A stretch of DNA of 64,000 nt from a virus (taxonomy: Duplodnaviria > Caudoviricetes), in IMG/VR virus record IMGVR_UViG_3300029798_000001; one strand, 5' to 3'. Position numbers and translations under genes: made by a program. Shown here in pieces: positions 1-9,856 of this stretch (the stretch's first letter is position 1; each line of letters starts with the position of its first letter). The notes under the pieces were generated by a model. That model searched no databases. It saw nothing but the letters and a program-made list of their open reading frames with translations, and had not been told where the DNA came from.

Positions 1-582
1 TCAAAAGCCGCACTAGAGCAATGGCGTAAAAATGTAGGACATGCCAAAGCACAACAAATTACCACAGAAGCCGCAAATCGCGGAACTAGGATGCACACCT
101 ACTTAGAACACTATGTAAAGAATAATGAACTAAAGGATCGCGGCTCAAACCCGTTTGGTTGGGCAAGTCACGCAATGGCCCAGACTGTTATTGAAGATGG
201 GCTCATTAATGTGGATGAGTTTTGGGGTGTAGAAATCCCCTTATACTTTCCTAAGTTATATGCTGGAACCACAGATTGCGTGGGCATACATCAAAAAGAT
301 GAAAGTATCCTAGACTTTAAACAAACTAACAAACCTAAACAAGAAGCTTGGATTACTGATTACAAACTGCAACTTGTAGCATATGCCCTAGCACATAACG
401 AAGTCCATGGAACTAACATACGCAAAGGTGTAGTTTTAATGTGTGTTAAACCACCCGTGGATGATATGGGTCGTCCGTTAGCCCGCCCTGTTTACCAGGA
501 ATTTATACTAAAACCTGAGGACTTTGACTACTGGGCAGACCAATGGTGGCGCAGATTAGAGCAATATTACCTACAAGCCTAA
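1..582 (+). CDS. PD-(D/E)XK (RecB/Cas4-like) exonuclease, 5'-truncated by window edge
   Basis: Frame is open from base 1 (SKAALEQWRKNVG...RGTRMH). Motifs AGTTDCVG, ILDFKQ and YKLQLVAYALAHNE are typical of T4-like phage exonucleases. Confidence 0.75.
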   Translation, partial: SKAALEQWRKNVGHAKAQQITTEAANRGTRMHTYLEHYVKNNELKDRGSNPFGWASHAMAQTVIEDGLINVDEFWGVEIPLYFPKLYAGTTDCVGIHQKDESILDFKQTNKPKQEAWITDYKLQLVAYALAHNEVHGTNIRKGVVLMCVKPPVDDMGRPLARPVYQEFILKPEDFDYWADQWWRRLEQYYLQA

Positions 583-587
583 CCAGC

Positions 588-593
588 TAAATA
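588..593 (+). promoter_or_regulatory. T4-late-like promoter core TAAATA upstream of tail protein gene
   Basis: TAAATA 26 nt before the TTG start at 620; the same motif precedes many late-type genes in the window. Confidence 0.5.
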
Positions 594-619
594 CTGGATA
601 GAATTCAAGGAAGACTAAA

Positions 620-2203
620 TTGGCCATTGTTCAAATATCCCAAATTACAAACCGTAAAGGTTTACAAATTGACTTACCACAATTAGCTGGTGCTGAGCTT
701 GGCTGGAGCACAGATACTCGCCAACTGTACATCGGTAATGGCACAATAGCCGACGGTGCACCTGTTATTGGTAATACTGAAATTTTAACAGAATTTAGTG
801 ATATCTTAGCATTTACTACAACATATACCTACAAAGGTCAAGCAGCTGGGTATACTGTACAAACAGGACCTACAGCTGGCACTCCGATCACTAATAGTTT
901 ACAATCGTGGCTAGATCAATTTGCCAGTGTATTAGATTTTGGTGCCGTCGGCGATGGCATTACAGATAACACCGCCGCCATCAACCGTGCATTATATCAA
1001 TTATATTGCCGAGAAATAAATCCACAAATTCGTCGTAGTTTATTCTTTCCAGCCGGTGTTTATCTAGTTAGCGGAACTATTAATATTCCTCCATATGCTA
1101 CATTATATGGTGAAGGATTAGATAATTCAATAATTTCTTTAGTTGATGCCAGTGGCGCTGTACCTTATGCAGCACAGACTGCAGATAGTCTACAACAAAC
1201 CGGAGTTAATATTGGAACTAATAGTGCTATACCTCCACAGTATATTACTATTAATAATCTTGGATTCCAAAGTGTTGATCCACAATCTAATCCGTTCCTA
1301 GTTGGCCAAGCAACTAATTGCCGTTTTCAAAATGTAGGTTTTTACGGACCGTTGACTGTAGCCGAGTTGATTACAAACACAAATGCGACGGTTGGTGTAG
1401 ATTTTATTAGCACACCTAGTTTAATTTGTAGTCAACTTGTATTTGATGCGTGTGCGTTTAATGGAACAGTATATGGAGTTAATACTGATCAGGAATTACA
1501 AGGTATAACCTTTACAAATTCTGAATTCAACACTTTACATCAAGGTATTTTATTAGGAACCGGAACGCCTGTTAATGGTGGTGCAACCGGAGTTCGTATT
1601 ACCGGTAATTTATTTGACAACATTTATCTTGAAGGCATCATATTTGGTGACATCAGTTTAAATGCATCAGGTCATAATATTTTTTACGATGTTGGCAATC
1701 AGTTCACTGGATCCACAGGAACCCCTGCATCGTCGATTATTAATATACAGAATAATAATAATTTAAGTATTAGTGATCTTTTCCAACGCACTCCAACATA
1801 TGCTATAACTTGGCCTTGTGTACAATTAAATGATACCGCTAGTATAGCTACTACTAACGGTGAACAATTGGCCATGGGCTCCTACATTAGACAAAGTGGT
1901 AGTACAGTTAACATAGTAAACAATAGTACGGCAACACTTTTTACAATAAATGCATTACAAATACAAGCATTCAGTATTGATTATACAATTACCCGAGCTA
2001 CTGCTTATCAAACAGGAACAATACTTGTATCAGTTAACGGTAGTACTACTGATTTAACCTTTTCTCAAGATTATGTAGAAAATGAAACAACTGGAGTAAC
2101 AGTATCCGTTACTCAAGCTAGTAATACAGTTTCTATAGCATACACATCGTCTAACACCGGCACTCCGGGAACATTTAAATATTCTATTAACTATCTAGCT
2201 TAA
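620..2203 (+). CDS. Tail/baseplate protein with Mtd_N-like N-terminus and pectate-lyase-3-like beta-helix
   Basis: N-terminal QISQITNRKG..LPQLAGAELGWSTDTRQLYIGNG; SVLDFGAVGDGITDNTAAINRA motif; T/N/G-rich; TTG start. Confidence 0.7.
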   Translation: MAIVQISQITNRKGLQIDLPQLAGAELGWSTDTRQLYIGNGTIADGAPVIGNTEILTEFSDILAFTTTYTYKGQAAGYTVQTGPTAGTPITNSLQSWLDQFASVLDFGAVGDGITDNTAAINRALYQLYCREINPQIRRSLFFPAGVYLVSGTINIPPYATLYGEGLDNSIISLVDASGAVPYAAQTADSLQQTGVNIGTNSAIPPQYITINNLGFQSVDPQSNPFLVGQATNCRFQNVGFYGPLTVAELITNTNATVGVDFISTPSLICSQLVFDACAFNGTVYGVNTDQELQGITFTNSEFNTLHQGILLGTGTPVNGGATGVRITGNLFDNIYLEGIIFGDISLNASGHNIFYDVGNQFTGSTGTPASSIINIQNNNNLSISDLFQRTPTYAITWPCVQLNDTASIATTNGEQLAMGSYIRQSGSTVNIVNNSTATLFTINALQIQAFSIDYTITRATAYQTGTILVSVNGSTTDLTFSQDYVENETTGVTVSVTQASNTVSIAYTSSNTGTPGTFKYSINYLA

Positions 2204-2616
2204 TGTGGCCTGTAAACTTTGCCGATAGGCTCTCTGCCTGGGCCGATCTTCGTAGTCGATGTCAGTCTCTTGATTTAGAACCCGCCTTAACCGCCGTTAA
2301 TCAATGGTGGTTTAATTCTCCTTGGCAACCTTACTACCTACACTGGGATGACCAGCCCAACTGGCCAGACCCTTGGCAACTTTTGAGTGATAATGTCTAT
2401 TGTGATCTTGCAAAAGCTCTCGGAATCCTGTATACTATAAGTCTAATGGACCGTGCGGATATGGCGGATGCAGAGCTGGTTTCTACCGAAGATGGCAGTA
2501 ATTTAGTCCTAGTGGCAAAAGAAAAATATATACTTAATTGGAACAAAGATTCAATCGTAAATAACAAACAAAAAGTTAAACCGGTCCGGCAGTTGCAACA
2601 ACACCAAATAAAATAG
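2203..2616 (+). CDS. Hypothetical protein, possibly transglutaminase-like cysteine protease fold
   Basis: TAATG coupling to upstream gene; WPDPWQLLSDNVYCDLAKALGILYT resembles the BTLCP W..P.E.L...GDC.D.A motif (weak). Confidence 0.45.
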   Translation: MWPVNFADRLSAWADLRSRCQSLDLEPALTAVNQWWFNSPWQPYYLHWDDQPNWPDPWQLLSDNVYCDLAKALGILYTISLMDRADMADAELVSTEDGSNLVLVAKEKYILNWNKDSIVNNKQKVKPVRQLQQHQIK

Positions 2617-2643
2617 TAGTATATTAAAACGAACGAGAGTAGA

Positions 2644-4962
2644 ATGACGCAGATTACAGTTGTAAAAAGAAGCGGTGTAAAAGAGCCACTACAGATTGAT
2701 AAGTGGCAAGCCCAAGTTGCTAAGATATGTCAAGGTATTGCCGATGTAAGTCAGTCAATGATTGAGATCAAAGCTCAGTTACATTTTTATAATGGCATCA
2801 CCACAGAAGAGATCGATGGGATTACTCTTCGAGCCATTGTAGATTTAATTGACATCGAAAGCAACCCTGATATTGGTCACACCAATTATCAGTATGTAGC
2901 AGGTAAGCAACGATTGTCCATGCTCCGGAAATCAGTTTATAAAACATACACCCCTCCACATCTTTATGAAATTGTAAAGAAAAATGTAGCCACAGGTCTT
3001 TATACAGATGAACTATTAACATGGTACACCGAAGACGACTGGAATAAAATGAATGACATGCTGGATCACGATAAGGATGAATTATATTCCTATGCTGCGA
3101 TTGAACAGCTGATTGAAAAATATCTTGTCAAGAATCGTGCCACAAAGGAAATATATGAAACCCCACAAATTCGTTACATCATTGCAGCCGCAACTGTGTT
3201 CCATCGAGAAGAACCTAACTCGTCTCGGATGCGCTATATTAAAGAATATTATAATGCCGCATCAGATGGCCTCTTTACTCTTGCTACCCCTGTGCTTGCT
3301 GGTCTGGGGACTCCTACAAAACAGTTTAGTAGTTGTGTGCTTATCCGTAGCGATGACAACCTTGATAGTATTTTCGCATCTGGAGAAATGATGGCCAAGT
3401 ATGCCGCTAAACGAGCCGGCATAGGTCTTGAAATTGGTCGCTTACGTCCATTGGGTGCTCCTATCCGTGGTGGTGAAGTTATGCACACAGGGATGATTCC
3501 ATTCCTTAAAAAGTGGTTTGGTGATTTACGTTCATGTTCACAAGGAGGTATCCGCAATGCAAGTGCTACCGTTTTTTATCCTATTTGGCACTATCAGTTT
3601 GACGATCTTATTGTTCTTAAGAATAATCAAGGAACTGAAGAAACACGAGTAAGATTTATGGACTATGGTGTAGTCCTTAACGCAATGTTCTGGCGTCGCT
3701 TTAAGAACAAAGAACAAATTACATTCTTTGATCCTAATGAAGTGCCGGATCTGTATGAAGCATTTTATACGAACACAGAAAAGTTTGAACAGCTTTATGT
3801 CAAGTATGAAAAGCGCAAAGACCTACGCACCAAGACCATGGCCGCTGAAGATGTGTTCAAAGGTGGCATTCTTAAAGAACGCACAGACACAGGACGTATC
3901 TATCTTGTGTTTGTTGACAATGTCATGAACCAAGGGCCGTTTGATCCTGAATTCCATACCATTTACCAAAGCAATCTCTGCATGGAGATTTTGTTACCTA
4001 CTAAATCGTTTAAGCGATTAGACGATGATGAGGGCAGAATCGCGTTATGCACCTTGGGGTCGCTAAACTGGGGAGCATTTAGAAATCCAGAAGATATGCG
4101 TAGAGCAAATAGAATCTTATTAAGATCACTTAATAACATTCTCGATTATCAAGACTTCCTGTCTATTCAGAGTAAGTTAAGTAATGACGAAATTCGCCCT
4201 ATTGGTATTGGTATTACAAACTTAGCCTATTGGCACGCTAAACGCGGATTAAAATACGGAAGCCCAGAAGCATTAGCTGAAGTTAAAACTTGGACAGAAC
4301 ACCAGGCGTATTACCTGACAGAAGCTACTGTAGAACTTGCTAAAGAGCGTGGTGCTTGCTTACATTCAGAAAAAACACGATATGGGCAAGGAACATTCCC
4401 GTGGGAACTAAGAGCCGCAGGAGTAAACGAACTTACAAACTTTGCCCCTGAGCTTGATTGGGAATCCGTGCGTGAGCAAATGAAACAATATGGAGTTCGT
4501 AATGCTACTGTTATGGCCGTAGCACCTGTAGAATCAAGTAGCGTAGTAATCAACTCAACTAACGGCATTGAGATGCCTATGAGCCTTATTACTGTTAAAG
4601 AGTCAAAAGCAGGATCGCTTATTCAGGTAGCTCCGGAATACAATAAGTTAAAATCAAAATATCAACTTATGTGGGATCAAAAGGACTGTATTGATTATCT
4701 TAAAACCGCGGCTGTTATTGCGGCGTACACCGATCAGAGCCTAAGTACAAATTCGTTCTATAACCCCGCACATTTTTCTGATAGAAAGGTTCCAACCACA
4801 TTGATTGCTAAGAATTTAATGTTAGCTCATAAGTTTGGTTTGAAAACCATGTACTACTCATTAATAAACAAACAGGGTAGTAAAGGCTCTGAGAGCGATG
4901 CTGCAATACACACAGTAGTCAATGATGCCGACGATGAAGAATGTATTGCCTGTAAATTATAG
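2644..4962 (+). CDS. nrdA: Ribonucleotide reductase class Ia alpha subunit with ATP cone
   Basis: VVKRSG ATP cone, TPVLAGLGT, QFSSC, SCSQGGIR, QSNLCMEI, CTLGSLN, C-terminal CxxCKL. Confidence 0.97.
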   Translation: MTQITVVKRSGVKEPLQIDKWQAQVAKICQGIADVSQSMIEIKAQLHFYNGITTEEIDGITLRAIVDLIDIESNPDIGHTNYQYVAGKQRLSMLRKSVYKTYTPPHLYEIVKKNVATGLYTDELLTWYTEDDWNKMNDMLDHDKDELYSYAAIEQLIEKYLVKNRATKEIYETPQIRYIIAAATVFHREEPNSSRMRYIKEYYNAASDGLFTLATPVLAGLGTPTKQFSSCVLIRSDDNLDSIFASGEMMAKYAAKRAGIGLEIGRLRPLGAPIRGGEVMHTGMIPFLKKWFGDLRSCSQGGIRNASATVFYPIWHYQFDDLIVLKNNQGTEETRVRFMDYGVVLNAMFWRRFKNKEQITFFDPNEVPDLYEAFYTNTEKFEQLYVKYEKRKDLRTKTMAAEDVFKGGILKERTDTGRIYLVFVDNVMNQGPFDPEFHTIYQSNLCMEILLPTKSFKRLDDDEGRIALCTLGSLNWGAFRNPEDMRRANRILLRSLNNILDYQDFLSIQSKLSNDEIRPIGIGITNLAYWHAKRGLKYGSPEALAEVKTWTEHQAYYLTEATVELAKERGACLHSEKTRYGQGTFPWELRAAGVNELTNFAPELDWESVREQMKQYGVRNATVMAVAPVESSSVVINSTNGIEMPMSLITVKESKAGSLIQVAPEYNKLKSKYQLMWDQKDCIDYLKTAAVIAAYTDQSLSTNSFYNPAHFSDRKVPTTLIAKNLMLAHKFGLKTMYYSLINKQGSKGSESDAAIHTVVNDADDEECIACKL

Positions 4963-4974
4963 AGAGAGAACACA

Positions 4975-6075
4975 ATGTCATTAGCACAATTTGATTTAAC
5001 CACAAAAACAGATTATCTTAATCGGTCGATGTTTCTGGACCCTGCCGGTCCAGTTACAATTCAACGCTTTGAAGAATTTCATTATCCTAAGATTGCTCGT
5101 TTTGAAGAAATGGCCCGTGGGTTCTTTTGGGTCCCAGAAGAGATATCACTGACCAAGGATGCCGGAGATTTTAAAGATGCAAGTGACACTGTGCGACATA
5201 TCTTTACTAGCAACCTACTTAGACAAACAGCATTGGATAGTATTCAAGGTCGGTGTCCCACACAAATATTTTTGCCAGTGGTATCGATTCCGGAACTTGA
5301 GGCCCTATGTTTGATGTGGGGCTTCTTCGAAACAAACTTACATTCAAAGAGTTACAGTCACATTATCCGTAATATCTATAATACTCCTAAGGATGAATTT
5401 AATAAGATTCATAATACTCAACCAATTATTGACATGGCAAGTACTATTGGAAAATATTATGATGCATTATATGTGCTTAACTGTAAAAAAGAAGTAGGTA
5501 TAGCAGTTACAGAACGAGAACATATTAAAGCCATCTGGTTGTCGTTGCATGCCAGTTACGCTCTTGAGGCACTACGCTTTATGGTTAGTTTTGCTACTAG
5601 TCTGGCCATGGTTGAGAATCGTATTTTCATCGGCAACGGTAATATTATTAGTTTAATTCTGCAAGATGAAATCTTACATAGAGATTGGACCGCTTACATT
5701 ATTAATCAGGTAGTCAAAGACGATAAGCGGTTTGCAGATATCAAAGCAGAGTGCGCCGACGAAGTCTATGCTATGTACGCAGATGTTATCCGTGAAGAAA
5801 AAGACTGGGCAGACTATTTGTTCAACAAAGGCCCGGTTATTGGTCTTAATGCCAACATCCTTAAAGACTTTATGGATTATACTGCTGCAGGTGCTCTTAA
5901 AGAAATTGGAATAAAATACCAATCGCCGGCACCAAAAACAACGCCAATTCCTTGGTTTAACAAACACACAAATTCGTCTAACAAGCAGTCAGCACTCCAA
6001 GAAACCGAAAGCACTAACTATATAATTGGAGTAATGTCAGCTGAATTAGACTACAATGAATTACCAGAACTATAA
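4975..6075 (+). CDS. nrdB: Ribonucleotide reductase class Ia beta subunit
   Basis: GFFWVPEEISL, LDSIQGR, HSKSYSHIIRNIY, LEALRFMVSFA, DEILH, QETE..NY motifs. Confidence 0.95.
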   Translation: MSLAQFDLTTKTDYLNRSMFLDPAGPVTIQRFEEFHYPKIARFEEMARGFFWVPEEISLTKDAGDFKDASDTVRHIFTSNLLRQTALDSIQGRCPTQIFLPVVSIPELEALCLMWGFFETNLHSKSYSHIIRNIYNTPKDEFNKIHNTQPIIDMASTIGKYYDALYVLNCKKEVGIAVTEREHIKAIWLSLHASYALEALRFMVSFATSLAMVENRIFIGNGNIISLILQDEILHRDWTAYIINQVVKDDKRFADIKAECADEVYAMYADVIREEKDWADYLFNKGPVIGLNANILKDFMDYTAAGALKEIGIKYQSPAPKTTPIPWFNKHTNSSNKQSALQETESTNYIIGVMSAELDYNELPEL

Positions 6076-6085
6076 GGGACCAACC

Positions 6086-6295
6086 GTGAATCAACCATTA
6101 CTTTGCCCCCTAGATGGGTCCTGGTCTCAAAGTTTTTGTTCGTTGTACAACGAAGTAAAAAAGAATTGTACATATAGCACATGTATTCATCAATTCGAAT
6201 GCGCACGACTTAGAGAAGTATTAGAAAATGATGTAAACCTTTCTACTGTCATGACCAAACGAATTCTATTCTTGGGTATTCCCCAGGCATTATAA
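6086..6295 (+). CDS. Small Cys-containing hypothetical protein
   Basis: GTG start after AAGGGA; fills the nrdB-grx gap. Confidence 0.4.
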   Translation: MNQPLLCPLDGSWSQSFCSLYNEVKKNCTYSTCIHQFECARLREVLENDVNLSTVMTKRILFLGIPQAL

Positions 6296-6313
6296 TAAAA
6301 TAAGGAGCATAAC

Positions 6314-6541
6314 ATGCCAACAGCAATAGTATGGAGTAAAGATTCGTGCCCGTTTTGTGTACAGGCAAAAGCACTATTGGAATCAAAAGGTATCAATTTT
6401 GAAGAGCGTAATGTTAGCAAAGACTGGACTCGAGAGCAGTTATTAGCGGCGGTCCCAAATGCAAGAACATTGCCGCAGATCTTTTTAAATGATAAATTAA
6501 TAGGCGGGTTCACGGAATTACGAAAACACTTACAAGGATAA
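6314..6541 (+). CDS. grx: Glutaredoxin
   Basis: CPFC active site, RTLPQIF, LIGGFTEL; strong AAGGAG RBS; next to nrdAB. Confidence 0.92.
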   Translation: MPTAIVWSKDSCPFCVQAKALLESKGINFEERNVSKDWTREQLLAAVPNARTLPQIFLNDKLIGGFTELRKHLQG

Positions 6542-6542
6542 C

Positions 6543-6845
6543 ATGATAGTAGAAAAAGATAAAGTTTACACATTTAAATTAACCAATGCAGATGAAATTG
6601 TTGGTAAAATTGTTGATATTACTAACGAGTCCTACATTGTTGCACAGCCACTTAGTGCTGTACCCACTGAAAAAGGCATACAATTAATCTTTACAGTGTT
6701 TACCGGAAATCCTAAAGAAAATGCGACTATAAATAAAACAGCGATAGCAATGATTTGCCAAACTCGAGAAGAAGTAGGCGATCATTATTTGGAAGCAACT
6801 ACTGGTATTAAACCAGTACGCAATAGTAAAATTTTAATGGGGTAA
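6543..6845 (+). CDS. Conserved T4-like phage hypothetical protein (possible Sm-like beta fold)
   Basis: FKLTNADEIVGKI pattern; coupled between grx and PAAR; contains a perfect TATAAATA at 6728-6735. Confidence 0.55.
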   Translation: MIVEKDKVYTFKLTNADEIVGKIVDITNESYIVAQPLSAVPTEKGIQLIFTVFTGNPKENATINKTAIAMICQTREEVGDHYLEATTGIKPVRNSKILMG

Positions 6846-6846
6846 T

Positions 6847-7131
6847 ATGCCAGCAGTACAGAGAGTTGGAGATAAAGACAGCGCCGGTGGAGTGATCCAG
6901 GCCGGCGATTCTTCAGTACTGGTCAACGGTCAAGAAATTGCTATTCCAAATGCCTCTGTAACCACTCATCCTCCATACGGTCGGGGAACGGATCCACACC
7001 ATCATGCAAAAACAAAATCATCACAAAACTCAACAGTTTTTGTTAATGGAAAACTAGTCTTGGTAACCGGCGATACTGATACTTGTGGACATCCTCGAGT
7101 TGGCGGCAGCCCCAATGTTACAATAGGATAA
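6847..7131 (+). CDS. PAAR-repeat baseplate spike tip protein (gp5.4-like)
   Basis: PAVQRVGD, VLVNGQEIA, HPP..PH, VFVNGK, TCGH..GGSPNVTIG. Confidence 0.9.
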   Translation: MPAVQRVGDKDSAGGVIQAGDSSVLVNGQEIAIPNASVTTHPPYGRGTDPHHHAKTKSSQNSTVFVNGKLVLVTGDTDTCGHPRVGGSPNVTIG

Positions 7132-7133
7132 TC

Positions 7134-8096
7134 ATGTCATTAACGCCGTTACAACTCGACTCGACAGCTGGGTTACTTCAAAATCAAGGACTGGCCCCCA
7201 ACGCTGAATTTACCACGGCCGTTACCACATATAATAGCACAGCTCTTATAAGTCCATTTTTAACAACTATAGAAGTAGGTAGCACAGGAAATATATTATC
7301 TAATACAATTATCTCAACACTTGAAACACTTGCGGCTAACACCTGCGCCTCATTGAGTGACTCGGTGCCAAGTGGATACGCAACATTAACGGTATCAACA
7401 AATCCTGCAGGATTTACTGGACTATTAACAACCACAGCCAACACCTACATGGGCAACGGTGACCTTGGTAAATTTTGTCAAGCACTTTCGATAGCACAAG
7501 GGTATGCTGATCAAACTAATTTATTTGTAAATAGTGCAGTAAATAGTCAGACATATCTTGGTAATACATTTACTACAATGAATAACATGATCACCGGTAG
7601 TGTTACTTCAATAAATTTATCAACCACATCATTTGGATTGGATCTAACTAATCTTGGACAATTAATTAATTTAAAAACCCTAAATGAGTTTGGTAGTCCA
7701 CTAGCATTGATACAACAAATCTATTTAATCACCGGCACGATTCCGGTGGTGTCACTAGCATTTGTTGCCGCTGGGGTACCACAAGATGTAGTAATAAATT
7801 TAACCAACCCAACAGTAACCGTGGCCGATTCAGCACAGGCATTAATGTATCAAGCCATGACACAGATTACCGGAGATAATCTTACTCAAATTTTAACGGT
7901 ATTAGGAGTTACCACTGTGGGAATAAACACCATGGCCGATTTATTAAATCCTGTAAAGTTATTTCCAAATAGTTTTCAAAGTTTAACAGCACCTACAAAA
8001 TATGGACCACAGGCCATTTATATTAACAGTGCCGGCTCGGTTAATACTAATTTAAAAACTGAGTTACCACCGTATGTAATGAGCAGCCTAGTATGA
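7134..8096 (+). CDS. Putative virion structural protein (T/N/L-rich)
   Basis: ATG at 7134 right after the PAAR stop; composition typical of tail/baseplate proteins. Confidence 0.55.
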   Translation: MSLTPLQLDSTAGLLQNQGLAPNAEFTTAVTTYNSTALISPFLTTIEVGSTGNILSNTIISTLETLAANTCASLSDSVPSGYATLTVSTNPAGFTGLLTTTANTYMGNGDLGKFCQALSIAQGYADQTNLFVNSAVNSQTYLGNTFTTMNNMITGSVTSINLSTTSFGLDLTNLGQLINLKTLNEFGSPLALIQQIYLITGTIPVVSLAFVAAGVPQDVVINLTNPTVTVADSAQALMYQAMTQITGDNLTQILTVLGVTTVGINTMADLLNPVKLFPNSFQSLTAPTKYGPQAIYINSAGSVNTNLKTELPPYVMSSLV

Positions 8097-9025
8097 TAGC
8101 CTATGATAGACTTAGTCAAATTATTCCGGCCGACCAGGCATTGGCCGCAAAAGCTCTGGCTACAAGCCTACAACAAATAGCCGGCATTACAAATATGTCA
8201 TTGCCAGTGTTGGCCAACACAGTATCACAATTACAAACTACTAATAATCTTCCACTAGTTAGTGCATTAACACAGGCAGTACCTGCTAATGTGGCCAATG
8301 TTTTTATTAATTCAGCCGGTGGCACTGGTACTAATAATACCGTATTGATTATAGATATATTAGGAACAGCCGCCGGAACCGTGCATACTCAAGCATTGAC
8401 CAATACAGTGGCACAGTTTAATACTATGAACTTAATCTCGTTAACTTCGACCTACACAACTATGGCTAATGTAGTTAATGGTGATTACGGTGATCCGATT
8501 ACCGGTCCGGTGGTTATTCTAACCGGCCCGTATGCTAACACCTATACTAATGCCGATGATGCATTTGGCAATGCCTTAATCCCAGGAGCACAGTCTGAAA
8601 TATCAAACACTGTCGCCGCCTATCCTACTCAAGTGACCACTTTAAATCAAGATTGGGGTAACATGGCCAACCAACTGGTCCTAGAACAAAATCAACAGGC
8701 CAATGCCAATTTAAATTTTTCTGAATTACAGGCCAATTCTACTAGCTCCATTTATGGGTTTATTCAAAGTTTGCCATCATATGGTGCTGATACTACCGAA
8801 GGTGGTACCACACAGTTTCTTGAATCTGTGGCCAATTTGACAGATTTTACCGGGCAGTCAATTGTAGCGAGTCTACGACAAACTATAAATCAAACAGTAT
8901 TAAATGCCGCCGGTATACAGACTAATTCCAATATTCCGTCTGATCCAAATCCACCTCTCCCGCAGGCTAATCTAATACCTGCAACCTATACTAGTCAACA
9001 AGCGGCTAATATAGTAGTAATCTAA
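8093..9025 (+). CDS. Putative virion structural protein
   Basis: ATGA overlap with upstream gene; A/T/N/Q-rich 310 aa. Confidence 0.55.
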   Translation: MIAYDRLSQIIPADQALAAKALATSLQQIAGITNMSLPVLANTVSQLQTTNNLPLVSALTQAVPANVANVFINSAGGTGTNNTVLIIDILGTAAGTVHTQALTNTVAQFNTMNLISLTSTYTTMANVVNGDYGDPITGPVVILTGPYANTYTNADDAFGNALIPGAQSEISNTVAAYPTQVTTLNQDWGNMANQLVLEQNQQANANLNFSELQANSTSSIYGFIQSLPSYGADTTEGGTTQFLESVANLTDFTGQSIVASLRQTINQTVLNAAGIQTNSNIPSDPNPPLPQANLIPATYTSQQAANIVVI

Positions 9026-9089
9026 CCAAATCTTGTAAACTTAAACACCCTCTTAAGCGTTATTATAGTATGCGTAGGAGGCATTATGT

Positions 9090-9497
9090 ATGAACAAACT
9101 GTTACCAGCACTAATACTCGCAGTCTTGATCTCAGGAGTAAGTCGAGCGGAGTCGGATCCCTTTTGGAACACCAATCCTTACGCATGGTCTGCCCAAACT
9201 GTGACACAAAGCGGTCGGGTCCGTGTCACCATCACAAAAACCAAACCAAAATTATTTCTCGCTAGAACCCACCGCCCGGTAGTTCGTGCATTACTTGACG
9301 ATCGAGACGATGACTATTATGACGAAACACTAGAGTTCCACGTTGGGTACCGCCGACCAGAGTTGATTAACTATGCAGCCGACGTACATGATGAACTCTC
9401 GGACGAAGTAAAACTTAGACTTATTTTGGCCCGCAAGAAGGCCCTTGTAAAATATAGTGAAACATGGGCACATATACAAGATCCCAAAATAGGGTAA
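9090..9497 (+). CDS. Exported hypothetical protein
   Basis: AGGAGG RBS; signal-peptide-like MNKLLPALILAVLISGVSRA. Confidence 0.6.
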   Translation: MNKLLPALILAVLISGVSRAESDPFWNTNPYAWSAQTVTQSGRVRVTITKTKPKLFLARTHRPVVRALLDDRDDDYYDETLEFHVGYRRPELINYAADVHDELSDEVKLRLILARKKALVKYSETWAHIQDPKIG

Positions 9498-9499
9498 TT

Positions 9500-9514
9500 T
9501 GTAGTCTAAAAACA
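9500..9514 (+). repeat. Dispersed 15-bp repeat TGTAGTCTAAAAACA (copies 9500-9514, 9734-9748, 43079-43093)
   Basis: Three identical copies, each at or just after a gene end. Confidence 0.85.
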
Positions 9515-9588
9515 CCACCTAACAGCTCATTATGTCAAGGGTGTCCATAAATAGAATAGCAATACTATTTTTAAAAAGGAGCAATATC

Positions 9589-9723
9589 ATGAAAAAAACA
9601 TTATTAGCAGTTTTGGCGGTAGCATTTGCATTATCTTTAGTAGCATGTGGCGCAAAGAGTACATCTGACAAAGGCCCAAATTGCGGCCCTAATGCCACAG
9701 CAGAGCAATGTAAGGGTGGTTAA
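9589..9723 (+). CDS. Small lipoprotein (44 aa)
   Basis: TAAATA at 9548-9553, AAGGAG RBS, MKKTLLAVLAVAFALSLVAC lipobox. Confidence 0.7.
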   Translation: MKKTLLAVLAVAFALSLVACGAKSTSDKGPNCGPNATAEQCKGG

Positions 9724-9757
9724 ATAACAACTCTGTAGTCTAAAAACAACACTTTTT

Positions 9758-9781
9758 AACCCCCTTAAATGGGGGTTTTTT
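9758..9781 (+). terminator. Rho-independent terminator
   Basis: AACCCCC-TTAAAT-GGGGGTT stem followed by a T run. Confidence 0.8.
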
Positions 9782-9798
9782 ACGGGGTTACCAAAAGG

Positions 9799-9827
9799 TT
9801 GACCATAAATGTCCGATTTGCTATAAT
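9799..9827 (+). promoter_or_regulatory. Sigma70-type early promoter
   Basis: TTGACC-N17(ATAAATGTCCGATTTGC)-TATAAT, followed by AAGGAG and ATG at 9857. Confidence 0.85.
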
Positions 9828-9856
9828 ATATGTATAGTGAAAATAAAGGAGCAGAT

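Noticed and set aside
620-2203. Diversity-generating retroelement suggested by the Mtd_N-like domain
   Set aside because: No reverse transcriptase and no template/variable repeat pair with adenine-specific mismatches is visible in the window; Mtd_N also occurs in ordinary tail proteins.
2644-6075. Intein or intron in nrdA/nrdB
   Set aside because: Both ORFs are of normal length and continuous, with no Hint or endonuclease insertion.
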